64,000 bases of DNA, taken from positions 35,668 to 99,667 of the forward strand of contig CAZUXY010000002.1 of assembly GCA_964624235.1 (NCBI GenBank), written 5' to 3'. Below the pieces are notes generated by a model that made no database searches, was not told the DNA's origin, and saw only the letters and a list, made by a program, of their open reading frames with translations. The position numbers and the translations under genes are program-made. Below are positions 20,496 to 30,736 of this stretch, in pieces (the first letter of the stretch is position 1; every line of letters starts with the position of its first letter). This DNA is from an uncultured Leptospirales bacterium (lineage in GTDB: Bacteria > Spirochaetota > UBA4802 > UBA5368).

Positions 20496-21397
20496 CTTCT
20501 GATGCTCCGCAGATAATCCCTCCCCCGTGCGATACCCTGTTCGAAACCCTCGAGGATCTTCCTCTCATCCCTCGTTAGCCGATCGACCCTGAATCCCTCA
20601 GGAGGATAGATCACGTCTATCCCCGTATATTTCTTTTCCAGATCGTCAAGCACGTGGTTATAAAAAGTGTAGCGGTTTTCCATGAATTCCACCAGGAAGC
20701 GGAACTGCTTGTCCTTATAGTATGACTCATAAAGGTTTTTAATCCAGAAGGACTCTTCCTTCTTGCGGTATCCCCTGTGACGGGTTACCACGACCAGTAT
20801 TTCATCTTCACTGTATCCCATATCGAGGGCTTTACGGAAAGGGATGGGATCGAGCAGGCCACCGTCCAGAAAATGATGGTCCTTGTACCGCACGAACCCG
20901 CGGTAAAGAAAAGGGATCGCGGCCGTGGCCTTCAGAGCGATAAAAAGATCATCTTTTTTTGAATGCAGATATACTGCCTCGGGCCGGTTGTGAGGAGGGC
21001 AGTCCGTTGCCGTTATGAGCACCGTGCATGATTTACGCAGTCTTTTAAGGTCCAGCGGTTCCCTGCCCTTTATGATATTGTCCACCATCCAATCCAGGTT
21101 CAGTATGTGCCGCTCTGGACGCAGTATATTGGTGATAGTGATGAATTTACCGGAGAGAAGTTCAGTGAAGAAAGCATCGCGGGCGATGTGGATCTGGTGT
21201 GCGGCATACGCAGTGCCGGTGAGTGCGCCCGCGGAAGATCCGATAATGAGTTTCCAGGGAAAGAATGAACGGTCTGCAAAAGACTGCAGTACACCGGTCA
21301 GGAATATCCCCCTCATGCCCCCACCCTCGAGGATAAGGACCTTTTTCTTTTTGTATACAGGTATTCCCCTGATTCTTTTCAGCAGATCAAGCGACAT
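20492..21397 (-). CDS. Patatin-like phospholipase
   Basis: EGGGMRG, GSSAG nucleophile elbow, DGG; start set at ATG 21397 behind GGAAAGAGG. Confidence 0.92.
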   Translation of the reverse strand: MSLDLLKRIRGIPVYKKKKVLILEGGGMRGIFLTGVLQSFADRSFFPWKLIIGSSAGALTGTAYAAHQIHIARDAFFTELLSGKFITITNILRPERHILNLDWMVDNIIKGREPLDLKRLRKSCTVLITATDCPPHNRPEAVYLHSKKDDLFIALKATAAIPFLYRGFVRYKDHHFLDGGLLDPIPFRKALDMGYSEDEILVVVTRHRGYRKKEESFWIKNLYESYYKDKQFRFLVEFMENRYTFYNHVLDDLEKKYTGIDVIYPPEGFRVDRLTRDERKILEGFEQGIARGRDYLRSIRR

Positions 21398-21562
21398 GGC
21401 CTCTTTCCTGAACCCCGGCATACTGTATGCAAAAAACCGCTGAAATTTCCAAGCATTTTTCTGTTTTACCAGACCGCGTTGACATGATTGATTAGAAATG
21501 GTTGCGGTATGGTGCGGAAGCGTATATAAATATACTCATCCAACAGCTGTCGGAGGTAGGGA

Positions 21563-22021
21563 ATGTACATTTTTCTGGTTCAGCACGGCGAGGCAGTTCC
21601 GGAGCAGACAAACCCCGAAAGACCACTTTCGGAAAATGGAAACGCACAGGTGTATCGTGCGGCGGAATTGCTGAAAAAGCTGTCTTTTTATCCGGAACTT
21701 ATACTGCACAGCGGGAAACAAAGAGCTCGTGAAACCGCGGCAATTATTTCTAAGGTTCTGGGCGGTATTAAAATGGAATCGAGAAGTTATCTCAATCCGG
21801 GTGATGAACCCGACAGGTTGATTGAGGAGATATGTAATGCGAAACACACACTCCTGATCGCCGGGCACATGCCTTTCCTCTCTAAACTGGCATCACGGCT
21901 CCTGTTCCCGGACGGGGGAGCGCAGGTTATCGATATAACCAACGCATCGCCTCTGATCCTGATGCTTACTGAACATGGATGGCGGCTCGACACGTACATC
22001 AAGAACGATTACATAAGTTAA
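21563..22021 (+). CDS. sixA: Phosphohistidine phosphatase SixA
   Basis: VQHGEA, ERPLSENG, HSGKQRARETA, AGHMPFL; RBS GGAGG. Confidence 0.88.
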   Translation: MYIFLVQHGEAVPEQTNPERPLSENGNAQVYRAAELLKKLSFYPELILHSGKQRARETAAIISKVLGGIKMESRSYLNPGDEPDRLIEEICNAKHTLLIAGHMPFLSKLASRLLFPDGGAQVIDITNASPLILMLTEHGWRLDTYIKNDYIS

Positions 22022-22060
22022 AAAAGGTATAAAACCAATTCCTTCGGTTTTTTGGAAGTA

Positions 22061-23875
22061 TTAAAACCGTACAGGAAGTATGGTGAAGTCGTCCATAAAA
22101 TAGCTGTCGGTTGCTCCGGCGGTGAGTTTGTTTTTGAAATGTTCCGTCAGATGCAAAGGGTCTTTATCGAAATTATCACTAACGATACCCAACAACAGGT
22201 CTTCTCCTTTTTCCAGGGATCCTTCGCCGAAGAAGTCCACCACACCGTCGGTGAATAGCAAGAGCAGGTCGCCGCTTTCGTAGGTTATAACCCGTTCTTC
22301 ATATGCCGAAGATTCCTTCAATCCCAGTGGACCGCCTTTCGCGTTAAGACGTTCTATTTTTCGGCCTTTATTTCTGATCAAAAACTGGTCGTTGTGTCCT
22401 GCGCTGCCATAGGTTAAAATGTTGTTGTGCACGTCGACCAGGGCGTAAAAGAGCGTTACGAACATTCCGGACTCGGATTCTTCATAGATATACCTGTTTG
22501 ACTGGGCCAGCAGCACTCCCGGCTGGTTGTGTATGCGCATTTCAGCGCGTATAATGTTTCTGGCTGAGTTCATGAAGAGCGCGGCGGGTATGCCTTTCCC
22601 CGATACGTCCCCTACCAGTACCGAGTATTTGTTTTCATCAAAACGAAAAAAATCATAAAAATCCCCTCCCACTTCTTTTGCCGGTCGGTTGAACGCGGCC
22701 ATTCGATGGTGGCGCACCTCCGCGGGTATGGGTTGAAGAATCTTACGCTGTATCTCCGCCGCGATTTCGATCTCCTGCGCAAGCAGCCGCTGTGCCTCCA
22801 TTCTTTTCTGGTACTGGATGTTCTGCCACGTTTCCGCCACATGGTTGGCCACGGTGGACACGACCCTCAGATCGAAGTCGGTGAAGGGGGTGCGGTCTTT
22901 TTTGTCTGATATGTTCAGTATGCCGATAATTTCGTCCATATACCTGATGGGGACCGAAACGAATGAACCGGTGCTGTACGACCGGTCGGAGGATGGAGGA
23001 ATGCCCGGCAGGTCCTTGATCCGGTCGGAAATAACCAGCGGCATTCCGCTGATGAATACGTGCCCGGCGACTGAATTGTGCAGTTCTACTTCGGCTCCCG
23101 TCTGAACTCCTTCGGGAAGGCCCCGCCCCGCGCTCAGCACCAGTTTTTTCAGCTCGCGGTTGTACAACAGCAGTGAGCATTTGTCGACGTGTAGTGATTC
23201 GGCGATGCTTTCCACAATGGTGGAGAGCGTTTGATCACCCGTCTTTGCGAGGGATATGGCCTGGGAAATCTCGAAAAGCGCCGTGAGCTCTGCGATGCGA
23301 TTGTTGAGTTCGTCGAATAATCTCCTGTTGGTAATGGCTATCGCCGCCTGGTCTGCAAGATAGGAAAGCAGTTCCAGGTCCCATTCGTCGTATCCCTCGC
23401 TCTTTACCGCGTTGACCGCGTCAAGCACACCGACCAGCTTCCCCTGTACCATCATGGGTACGCAGAGTATGCTGCGGGTCTGGAACTTGGATTTCTGGTC
23501 GATGTCCTTGAATATGCGCGGATCGTTTTCCCAGTCGTTTACGATCATGGGCTCTTCTGTCTGGGCGACCAGACCGACAATTCCCTTGCCCCGCGGGACC
23601 TTTTCTCCCTTGATGAGGTCTCCGCCGTCACCCAGCACGATGTTGAAGGTCAGATCCCCGCTTTTAGGTTCGGCAAGCAGCAGGGAGGCGCCTTCGGAAT
23701 GCACCAGTTCCTTGGCCGTTTCCAGTATGACGGTCAGGAGCTCATCCAGCTGCATGGTGGAGTTTATCTGCCGGGTAATGTTGCCGATTATCTCGAGGTT
23801 CAGATTTCTGGCTTTAATAAGGTTCCTCCCCGGTGATCGGTACGATTCAACAAAACGACCGCAGTAAAATACCAC
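22061..23875 (-). CDS. GAF-GAF-SpoIIE/PP2C phosphatase
   Basis: Two GAF repeats (SILCVPM..GKLVGVL; SFVSVPI...EIIGIL) followed by GGDFYD, GDVSGKG, FTDGV, DDFTI. Start uncertain. Confidence 0.92.
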   Translation of the reverse strand: MVFYCGRFVESYRSPGRNLIKARNLNLEIIGNITRQINSTMQLDELLTVILETAKELVHSEGASLLLAEPKSGDLTFNIVLGDGGDLIKGEKVPRGKGIVGLVAQTEEPMIVNDWENDPRIFKDIDQKSKFQTRSILCVPMMVQGKLVGVLDAVNAVKSEGYDEWDLELLSYLADQAAIAITNRRLFDELNNRIAELTALFEISQAISLAKTGDQTLSTIVESIAESLHVDKCSLLLYNRELKKLVLSAGRGLPEGVQTGAEVELHNSVAGHVFISGMPLVISDRIKDLPGIPPSSDRSYSTGSFVSVPIRYMDEIIGILNISDKKDRTPFTDFDLRVVSTVANHVAETWQNIQYQKRMEAQRLLAQEIEIAAEIQRKILQPIPAEVRHHRMAAFNRPAKEVGGDFYDFFRFDENKYSVLVGDVSGKGIPAALFMNSARNIIRAEMRIHNQPGVLLAQSNRYIYEESESGMFVTLFYALVDVHNNILTYGSAGHNDQFLIRNKGRKIERLNAKGGPLGLKESSAYEERVITYESGDLLLLFTDGVVDFFGEGSLEKGEDLLLGIVSDNFDKDPLHLTEHFKNKLTAGATDSYFMDDFTILPVRF

Positions 23876-23993
23876 CGCCGCACAAATAGTAATTGCCGTC
23901 CGTACGCTGTTCCCCTGTTATAATTGAATGGAACTACATCAGGTTGATTATAGCGTCTACCTTTTTTTAGGTCAAGAAATCCTTGAATGAACC

Positions 23994-25580
23994 ATGGAAC
24001 TGCTGTTTCACAATATAGTACTGCGTCCCGGTGAAGAGGAGAAATCCCTGCCGGAAAGGATCGGGTCTATGTACGGCATCGCTCCGCCCGCACGATGCCG
24101 AATTATACACCGGTCCCTTGATGCCCGTGATAAAAAGAGGATCGTATACCGCTACAGGGTCGCGGCCGAGGTTCCGGATGCGGCGGCCGCGCTGCTGCTC
24201 ACAGGGCGTGAAGGAGTCACCGTCTGTCCGGAGGTAAAGAAGACGGCTGCGGCGGTCCGTTGCGGCGGCCGTCGCAGGGTGATTGTCATAGGTGCCGGCC
24301 CGTCGGGGCTCTTCTGCGCGCTGCGGCTCATTGAGGCGGGCGTCAGGGTGGAGCTGATCGAGCGGGGATCTCCCGTAGAGCGGAGGATGGACGACATCCG
24401 CCGGATGAAATCATCGGGGTTGTTGAATCCCGAGAGCAACGTGCTCTTCGGTGAGGGAGGTGCGGGCGCTTATTCCGACGGGAAGCTCGTCACGCGGACT
24501 CACCGTCCTGAGATTTCATGGGTGTTCGACACACTGGTGGCCATGGGGGCGCCCGAGTACATACGATACGAGCAGAAACCGCACCTGGGGACCGACGGAC
24601 TTGTGCCGGTGATTCTTTCGGTGCGAAAAGCCGTGCTGGAGAGCGGATCGATCATACGTTTCAATACCTGTGTCAAAGATTTTATAATCCGTGAAGGGGA
24701 GATAATCGGGGCCGTTGACGCGTCGGGAGAGCAATACCGGGGTGACGCCGTGGTGCTCGCCACCGGGCATTCCGCAAGGGATGTGTACGAACTGTTGATG
24801 CACCGCATGATCAGAGTGGAAAAGAAACCATTTGCGCTGGGCGTCAGGGTGGAACACCCTTCTTCCATGATTAACGAGATACAGTACGGCGCCATGTCCC
24901 GCGGTGGAATTCTCCCTGCCGCCGATTATCGGCTTGCGTTCAACAACAGGCAAACCGGACGTTCGGTTTATTCCTTCTGCATGTGCCCCGGCGGCGAGGT
25001 CATAAATTCCTCATCTGAGGCCGGGATGCTGTGCACCAACGGCATGAGCTATTCCGGCAGGGACGGCCTGTATTCTAACGCCGCCATGGTGGTGACCGTA
25101 ACCCCCGATGACGGCGCAGAGGGTCCTCTTGGAGGCGTGATGTTACAGCGTAATATCGAGGAGCGGGCCTACGGGGCGGGCGGGGGAGGATTTTTCGCAC
25201 CCTGCCAGAGGATCACCTCGTTCATTACGGGGAAGCACGATATGAACCTGCCGCACGTAACGTATCTTCCCGGTGTAAAGGCGGCCCCCGTGCGCTCGTA
25301 TCTGCCCTCCTGGATAGCCGAAGAGATTGCGTGCGCCTTAAAAAGTTTTGACAGAAAGATGAAGGGGTTTATATCTGATGAGGGCGTGCTGATCGGTGCG
25401 GAGACCAGATCCTCCTCGCCGGTAAGGATCCCGCGCGGCGACGACTGCCAGTCGGTTTCGCACCCGGGATTATACCCCGTCGGTGAAGGCGCGGGGTATG
25501 CGGGCGGCATAATAAGCTCTGCGGTCGACGGGATGAGGGCCGCCGACATGATATGCAACAGGTTCAGGGACAATCGGTGA
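23994..25580 (+). CDS. FAD-dependent oxidoreductase (uncharacterised NAD(P)/FAD family)
   Basis: IGAGPSG, FGEGGAGAYSDGKL, PHLGTD, SFCMCPGG, GAETRSSSP, GEGAGYAGGIISSAVDG. Confidence 0.9.
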   Translation: MELLFHNIVLRPGEEEKSLPERIGSMYGIAPPARCRIIHRSLDARDKKRIVYRYRVAAEVPDAAAALLLTGREGVTVCPEVKKTAAAVRCGGRRRVIVIGAGPSGLFCALRLIEAGVRVELIERGSPVERRMDDIRRMKSSGLLNPESNVLFGEGGAGAYSDGKLVTRTHRPEISWVFDTLVAMGAPEYIRYEQKPHLGTDGLVPVILSVRKAVLESGSIIRFNTCVKDFIIREGEIIGAVDASGEQYRGDAVVLATGHSARDVYELLMHRMIRVEKKPFALGVRVEHPSSMINEIQYGAMSRGGILPAADYRLAFNNRQTGRSVYSFCMCPGGEVINSSSEAGMLCTNGMSYSGRDGLYSNAAMVVTVTPDDGAEGPLGGVMLQRNIEERAYGAGGGGFFAPCQRITSFITGKHDMNLPHVTYLPGVKAAPVRSYLPSWIAEEIACALKSFDRKMKGFISDEGVLIGAETRSSSPVRIPRGDDCQSVSHPGLYPVGEGAGYAGGIISSAVDGMRAADMICNRFRDNR

Positions 25581-27733
25581 ATGTGTCGGTAATTATAAAA
25601 AAGGCGGTATCGTCGCTTGAAAGGCCCATTGACGGAAAAAAATCAATAGTGACATTCTCGGCGACGGCCGGTATGGGGGTGTTTCTTCTTGAGTACCTCT
25701 GCTGCCTGCTGTATACTTCGACCTTCAGTATCATGGGTGTCACTGCGGGCGGGATCGAGAGAGTGGTCTTTGCGGAGTTCAAGACGGTTATCATACTCTC
25801 TCAGTTGAAAATAGCGGCAATATACGTACTGCTGGGCGCTTTTTTCGGCATTTCCATGGGATTTGCGCTTTTCATTGTTTCCTATCTAAGAAAAAACCCA
25901 TGGAAGGCAAAAGAAGCCGCGCGTATCGTTTCGATGTACTGTCTGCTCGTGTCTGTGGTGTTTCTGCTCCACGATATCTCCACCCGTCCCGCGCTTTATA
26001 ACGAGCATTTTTACGCACGCGGCATCGTTTTAAAGTATTTCCAGATCATGGTCACCGACTGGATCCCCAGGGACATACTGAATGTTTTACGCTGGAGCGT
26101 CCTCATCCCTCTGTTCCTGCCCACGGTCCAGGTGATGATACTCATTATTCACGGGACCGTATATCTCTGCCGCCGGTTTACCTTCATTATGAAGGTCACT
26201 GCGGTGCTGGGTCTGGTAATGATCGCGGGGGCATTGTTCTACCCGCGGGGGAGAAACAGCGGACCTAATATAGTGCTGCTGTCGGCGGACTCGTTCCGCC
26301 ACGACCGGGTATCGAGGTGGGGAGTCCGGAAAGGCCTTACTCCACAACTGGATCGACTCGCGTCTGAGGGAGTGAGTTTTCATAATTATCACGTTCAGCT
26401 GCCGCGCACCTTTCCCTCGTGGTACTCTCTGCTCTCGGGACTCTATCCCGGCGAGCACGGGATTCGGCACATGTTTCCCGCGAAAGGAGATCTCGCAAGG
26501 GCCGACGCGGCCCTGCCGAGAATTCTGACCTCCAGGGGATGGGCGGTTTCGGTAGCCGCTGATTATGCCGGGGATATTTTTTCCAGAATGAACGGTTTCA
26601 CGAGGAAGAGGGTCCCCTCATTTAACTTCATCACCCTTATACAACAGCGGAGCCTGGAGATACATTTTCTTCTGCTTCCGTTTCTTCAGAACAGGCCTGC
26701 CCGCGCGCTCTTTCCCGAAATCAGGGCCTTTGCCCAGAACTCGGATCCTGTTTTTCTGGTGGAACAGGTGCTTGATGAGATCAACCATCTTGGCGGCAGT
26801 GAAAAATTTTTTCTGACGGTGTTTTTCTCAGCCACCCATTTCCCTTATGCCGCACCTTATCCTTATTACAAAAAGTATACTGATCCGGATTACCGGGGAG
26901 AGTACCGTTATCTGAAAATCAACGATCCTACGAAAAGCACGCTGATTTCAGGCGATGACCGGACACAGATCAACGGCCTGTTCGACGGTGCGTGCAGCGC
27001 GGTCGATGACGCGGTCGGAACCGTGATCGCGCATCTGAAAAAAAAGGGACTGTACGACAATACCATCATCGTATTCACCTCGGACCACGGCGAGAACCTG
27101 TACGACGGTAAGCTTGACCTGGGCCACGGTGAGCATTTCAGGGGTGAATATGTCACGCGTGTGCCCCTGATCATAAAATTTCATAAGGGATACAGCCCAT
27201 CGGTCAGGATCAAGGATTACGAGGGCCTGCTCAGACAGGTGGACTTCGCACCGACGGTGATGGATCTGCTGGGGATAACCGAAGGCGGAAGGTTCTCGGG
27301 CAGATCGTTTCGCGACGCGGTGGAAGGAAAATCGCGCGATTCGTCCCGTACGGGGTATTCGGAAACGGGGATCTGGTTTGTCGACCGCGGTGATCAGTTT
27401 TTTCAGTCGCAGCGTATCAAATACCCCGATGTAAGCGTGCTTTGCGGTCTGGAAATGCCGGGTTACTCCATCGTACTGAAAGACGAATACCGGGATATGA
27501 TAACGATCGCTAAACACCGTGCGGTGTTTGACCGGGAGTATAAACTCATTTATATACCGACGCGCAATGGGGTCCGGTATGAGTTATACCGCATGGGCGA
27601 CAGGGAGCTGCGCAATATTTACCGTCCCGATCACCCTTCTTTCCTCAAACTCTCCTCATGGCTTGAACGGTATATGAAAGAGAACGAAAAGGCACGCAAC
27701 CTTAATCAAATGTACATTCCTGAGGTAAAGTGA
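25577..27733 (+). CDS. Membrane-anchored sulfatase-fold (alkaline phosphatase superfamily) protein
   Basis: About five N-terminal TM helices; PNIVLLSADSFRHD, PRTFPSW..LLSG, FTSDHGE, GHGEH, RVPLII. GTG start overlaps the upstream TGA. Confidence 0.85.
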   Translation: MNVSVIIKKAVSSLERPIDGKKSIVTFSATAGMGVFLLEYLCCLLYTSTFSIMGVTAGGIERVVFAEFKTVIILSQLKIAAIYVLLGAFFGISMGFALFIVSYLRKNPWKAKEAARIVSMYCLLVSVVFLLHDISTRPALYNEHFYARGIVLKYFQIMVTDWIPRDILNVLRWSVLIPLFLPTVQVMILIIHGTVYLCRRFTFIMKVTAVLGLVMIAGALFYPRGRNSGPNIVLLSADSFRHDRVSRWGVRKGLTPQLDRLASEGVSFHNYHVQLPRTFPSWYSLLSGLYPGEHGIRHMFPAKGDLARADAALPRILTSRGWAVSVAADYAGDIFSRMNGFTRKRVPSFNFITLIQQRSLEIHFLLLPFLQNRPARALFPEIRAFAQNSDPVFLVEQVLDEINHLGGSEKFFLTVFFSATHFPYAAPYPYYKKYTDPDYRGEYRYLKINDPTKSTLISGDDRTQINGLFDGACSAVDDAVGTVIAHLKKKGLYDNTIIVFTSDHGENLYDGKLDLGHGEHFRGEYVTRVPLIIKFHKGYSPSVRIKDYEGLLRQVDFAPTVMDLLGITEGGRFSGRSFRDAVEGKSRDSSRTGYSETGIWFVDRGDQFFQSQRIKYPDVSVLCGLEMPGYSIVLKDEYRDMITIAKHRAVFDREYKLIYIPTRNGVRYELYRMGDRELRNIYRPDHPSFLKLSSWLERYMKENEKARNLNQMYIPEVK

Positions 27734-27735
27734 GT

Positions 27736-29634
27736 ATGAAAACAAGGAAACTGGTGTTGAAGAACCTGTATAAAACCGGCGAGCGAGGGAATTTTCCAAG
27801 ACCTGACTGCCTCAGGAGCCCGACGTACCTGCTGGACGGCGAATGGGTATTATGCCCAGACGGGAAGGGCAGGGGAATGAAGGAGTCATGGTTCGGCACG
27901 GACTTCGGAAAAACCATTACCGGTGAGGAATCGGTTACGTTGCCTGAAAGTCTGGTCTTTTTCAAGGTGAAGGTGCCCTTTGCGCTCGAGTCGGAGGTAA
28001 ACCTGCATGAACTGGCCGAAGGAGGATTGACTCATGAGGAGATAACCAAAACCGGTAAGTTCTGGTATTTCACCCGGTTCAAAGCGCCGGCGGAGACTAC
28101 CAGCGGTGTTCTGCACTTCGGCGCGGTGGATTACAGGGCCGTTGTGTGGCTTAACGGACGGATGCTGGGGCGCCATGAAGGGGGATACACGCCGTTTTCA
28201 TTCCCTGTGGAACGTCTGGAAGATGAGAACATACTCGCCGTTCTGGTGGAGGATTCCACCTCCATGAGCCAGGTGAGGGGTAAACAGAGTTTTCGCCGAA
28301 AGCCTTTTCTGGTGTGGTACGACGGATGCACGGGCATATGGCAGTCGGTGTGGTTTGAACCTGTTAAAACCGCATATATTAATTCGGTACGTTGCAGAAA
28401 AGAGGGCAGGGGAAACGTGCAGTTCCAGTTTGAGATTAAAGGGCTGCGGTCCGCACCGGTACAGAAACTGGACGTATCCGTAAAGGTATACGCGTCACAG
28501 ATCCATGGGAAGGACGCTTCGGTGTTGAAAACCCCCCTCAGGGAATTCCGTGATTTTGCCCTTATGGACGCGATGAAGAACGCGGTTGTGGAAGTAAGCG
28601 TTCCCGAAAAAACCTTCAGCCAGTGGACACCTGAATGGCCGGCAATGCACCCGGTGCGGGTCTCACTCTCTACTGAAAAGAGGGAAATTGATGTGGTGCA
28701 CCTGCTCTACGGCCACCGCACCATGGAGGTCGACCGGGGTGAGATCAGACTGAATAAAAAGAAGTTCTACCAGAAGCTGCTGCTCCACCAGGGATATTAC
28801 CCGTCAGGACACTATACCCCTCTGGAGCCGTCGCAATACCGCAGGGACATTGAAATAATGAAACAGCACGGTTTTAACGGGTGCCGCATGCATCAGAAAA
28901 TCGAGCATCCGGCCTTTATGTACTGGGCGGACCTTCTTGGATTCGTCGTGTGGGAGGAGATGCCGTCATACTATCTTCCATCCAGAAAGAACATGTTGCG
29001 TCTTGAAGAGCAGATCGAAGAGGTAATGACGCGGGATTCGCTCCATCCTTCGATAACCACCCTGGTCCTTTTCAATGAAAGCTGGGGGTTATATGACATG
29101 TTCGTTTCGGGAAGGACCAGGAAGAACCTGACTTCTCTTTATCACAGATGCAAAGAACGTTATCCGGGATATCTGATCATAGACAACAGCGGGTTCCATC
29201 ACGTTGTCACCGATATAACCGATATCCATCACTATATCCCCCGTTTTGATGAGGTGGAGGATTTTTACCGTCTGCTTTCCCGGGGAGTGAGGGAGGCGCC
29301 GCTCTGGATAAACTTTTTAAAACTGCTGATCGGCAGGGAAAACGCCCAGACACCGTTTTTAAAGGGGCACGGGGATACTGAAAGCCCGCTTTTCATCAGC
29401 GAGTTCGGCGGATACGGATTCGACCTGTACCGGCATGAGGAAATGTCCCTCGAGGAATTCCTGAAAAAGCACCTTGAGCTTATTCACCGGTTCCCGGAAA
29501 TCCAGGGATACTGTTATACCCAGTTTGCCGATACATTTCAGGAGCGAAACGGCCTGTTTACGCAGGACCGGCAGCCAAAAAGTACTCAAATCGCCTCGAT
29601 AGTCAGAAAAACCGGGGGCAGCCGTGGTTTTTAA
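27736..29634 (+). CDS. Glycoside hydrolase family 2 (beta-galactosidase/glucuronidase-like), no signal peptide
   Basis: LHFGAVDY, HEGGYTPF, GFNGCRMHQK, LFNESWG (acid/base), ISEFGG (nucleophile), QERNGL. Start at GTG 27730 or ATG 27736. Confidence 0.92.
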   Translation: MKTRKLVLKNLYKTGERGNFPRPDCLRSPTYLLDGEWVLCPDGKGRGMKESWFGTDFGKTITGEESVTLPESLVFFKVKVPFALESEVNLHELAEGGLTHEEITKTGKFWYFTRFKAPAETTSGVLHFGAVDYRAVVWLNGRMLGRHEGGYTPFSFPVERLEDENILAVLVEDSTSMSQVRGKQSFRRKPFLVWYDGCTGIWQSVWFEPVKTAYINSVRCRKEGRGNVQFQFEIKGLRSAPVQKLDVSVKVYASQIHGKDASVLKTPLREFRDFALMDAMKNAVVEVSVPEKTFSQWTPEWPAMHPVRVSLSTEKREIDVVHLLYGHRTMEVDRGEIRLNKKKFYQKLLLHQGYYPSGHYTPLEPSQYRRDIEIMKQHGFNGCRMHQKIEHPAFMYWADLLGFVVWEEMPSYYLPSRKNMLRLEEQIEEVMTRDSLHPSITTLVLFNESWGLYDMFVSGRTRKNLTSLYHRCKERYPGYLIIDNSGFHHVVTDITDIHHYIPRFDEVEDFYRLLSRGVREAPLWINFLKLLIGRENAQTPFLKGHGDTESPLFISEFGGYGFDLYRHEEMSLEEFLKKHLELIHRFPEIQGYCYTQFADTFQERNGLFTQDRQPKSTQIASIVRKTGGSRGF

Positions 29635-29756
29635 CAGGAAGGAGAGCCCCTGTCGAAAGAACATATTTTCATAAGGGAAAACCTTCGCCGTTCCGATATA
29701 TTAATTGATTACCAGGGACATTCCATGCCCGGGCATGGGGTGTATCAGGTGAGGTA

Positions 29757-30734
29757 GTGCATACGGTTCCACCCATTATGATGAACATGTCAGTAAAAAG
29801 AACGTTTGTATCGATACTGGGGATAGCGGTGATGGTGTCCCTGGCGGTGATCGGAGTGTTGAGGGCCGACGAGAACGGGAGAGAGTCCCCGTTCAGGCTT
29901 TTTCTATACATGGACCGGTCGACTTTCACTGAAGATGATCCGGTCTTGCTGCACATGATTGTAAGGAATTTTTCCGACCGAAAGGAATATTTCGTGGTAT
30001 ACGACGAACTCTATACTACCTATAGACCGGTCGTTTACACCGCCATGGGGCGCGAGGCGGAACTGATTGTTGATTATCGTTTAAAAAACCTCAGCATTGA
30101 TGAAGTTATAAAGGATCGCTACCCGCGGATAGTGGAACTGATGCCGAACGAAACCTTCGTGTATTCGGTAAACCTGAAAAAACTCTATACCCTGGAAAAA
30201 GAGAATGAATACCGTGTAAAAGGATTCTTCGATCCCGACATCAAGAATCCCGGAACCATTGCCGGCGGAAACACCCTGACCTTTAAAATAACCAGGGCAC
30301 CCGATTTCACTCCGCGCAGCGGCGTCGCACGTGTTTCACGTGAAGTTTCTCCGTCTGAAGTGGTGCTCCTTGCCCTTACGGCGGAAAAAGAACAAAATTG
30401 GAATAATTTTTTCAAGTATATCAAGACCGAAAATTTTATAAACGCCTATCCTGAATACGTCAGGCTATATAACAGCGCCGACGAGATAGAAAAGTTGAAA
30501 ATACTTGAAGATTTTAATAAATTTCTAACACGTAAACGGACCGATTATATAAAAGAGTTTTCGGTTCTTGACGAAATGATACTTTCCGACAAGAATATAG
30601 CCTATGTGGATGTACGGGTGCGGCGCTACGGACCGCGGCTCCCCTTTGTGTACCGGTACCGTTATACTCTGGAAAAATTTCAGCGTCTATGGCTTATCAT
30701 AGATGTCGATGCCACTGTGGTAAAGGGTGAATAA
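29757..30734 (+). CDS. Hypothetical exported protein immediately upstream of fliM
   Basis: Hydrophobic N-terminal signal/anchor, Ig-like beta region and helical/NTF2-like C-terminus; stop is 2 nt from the fliM ATG. Confidence 0.7.
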   Translation: MHTVPPIMMNMSVKRTFVSILGIAVMVSLAVIGVLRADENGRESPFRLFLYMDRSTFTEDDPVLLHMIVRNFSDRKEYFVVYDELYTTYRPVVYTAMGREAELIVDYRLKNLSIDEVIKDRYPRIVELMPNETFVYSVNLKKLYTLEKENEYRVKGFFDPDIKNPGTIAGGNTLTFKITRAPDFTPRSGVARVSREVSPSEVVLLALTAEKEQNWNNFFKYIKTENFINAYPEYVRLYNSADEIEKLKILEDFNKFLTRKRTDYIKEFSVLDEMILSDKNIAYVDVRVRRYGPRLPFVYRYRYTLEKFQRLWLIIDVDATVVKGE

Positions 30735-30736
30735 TA

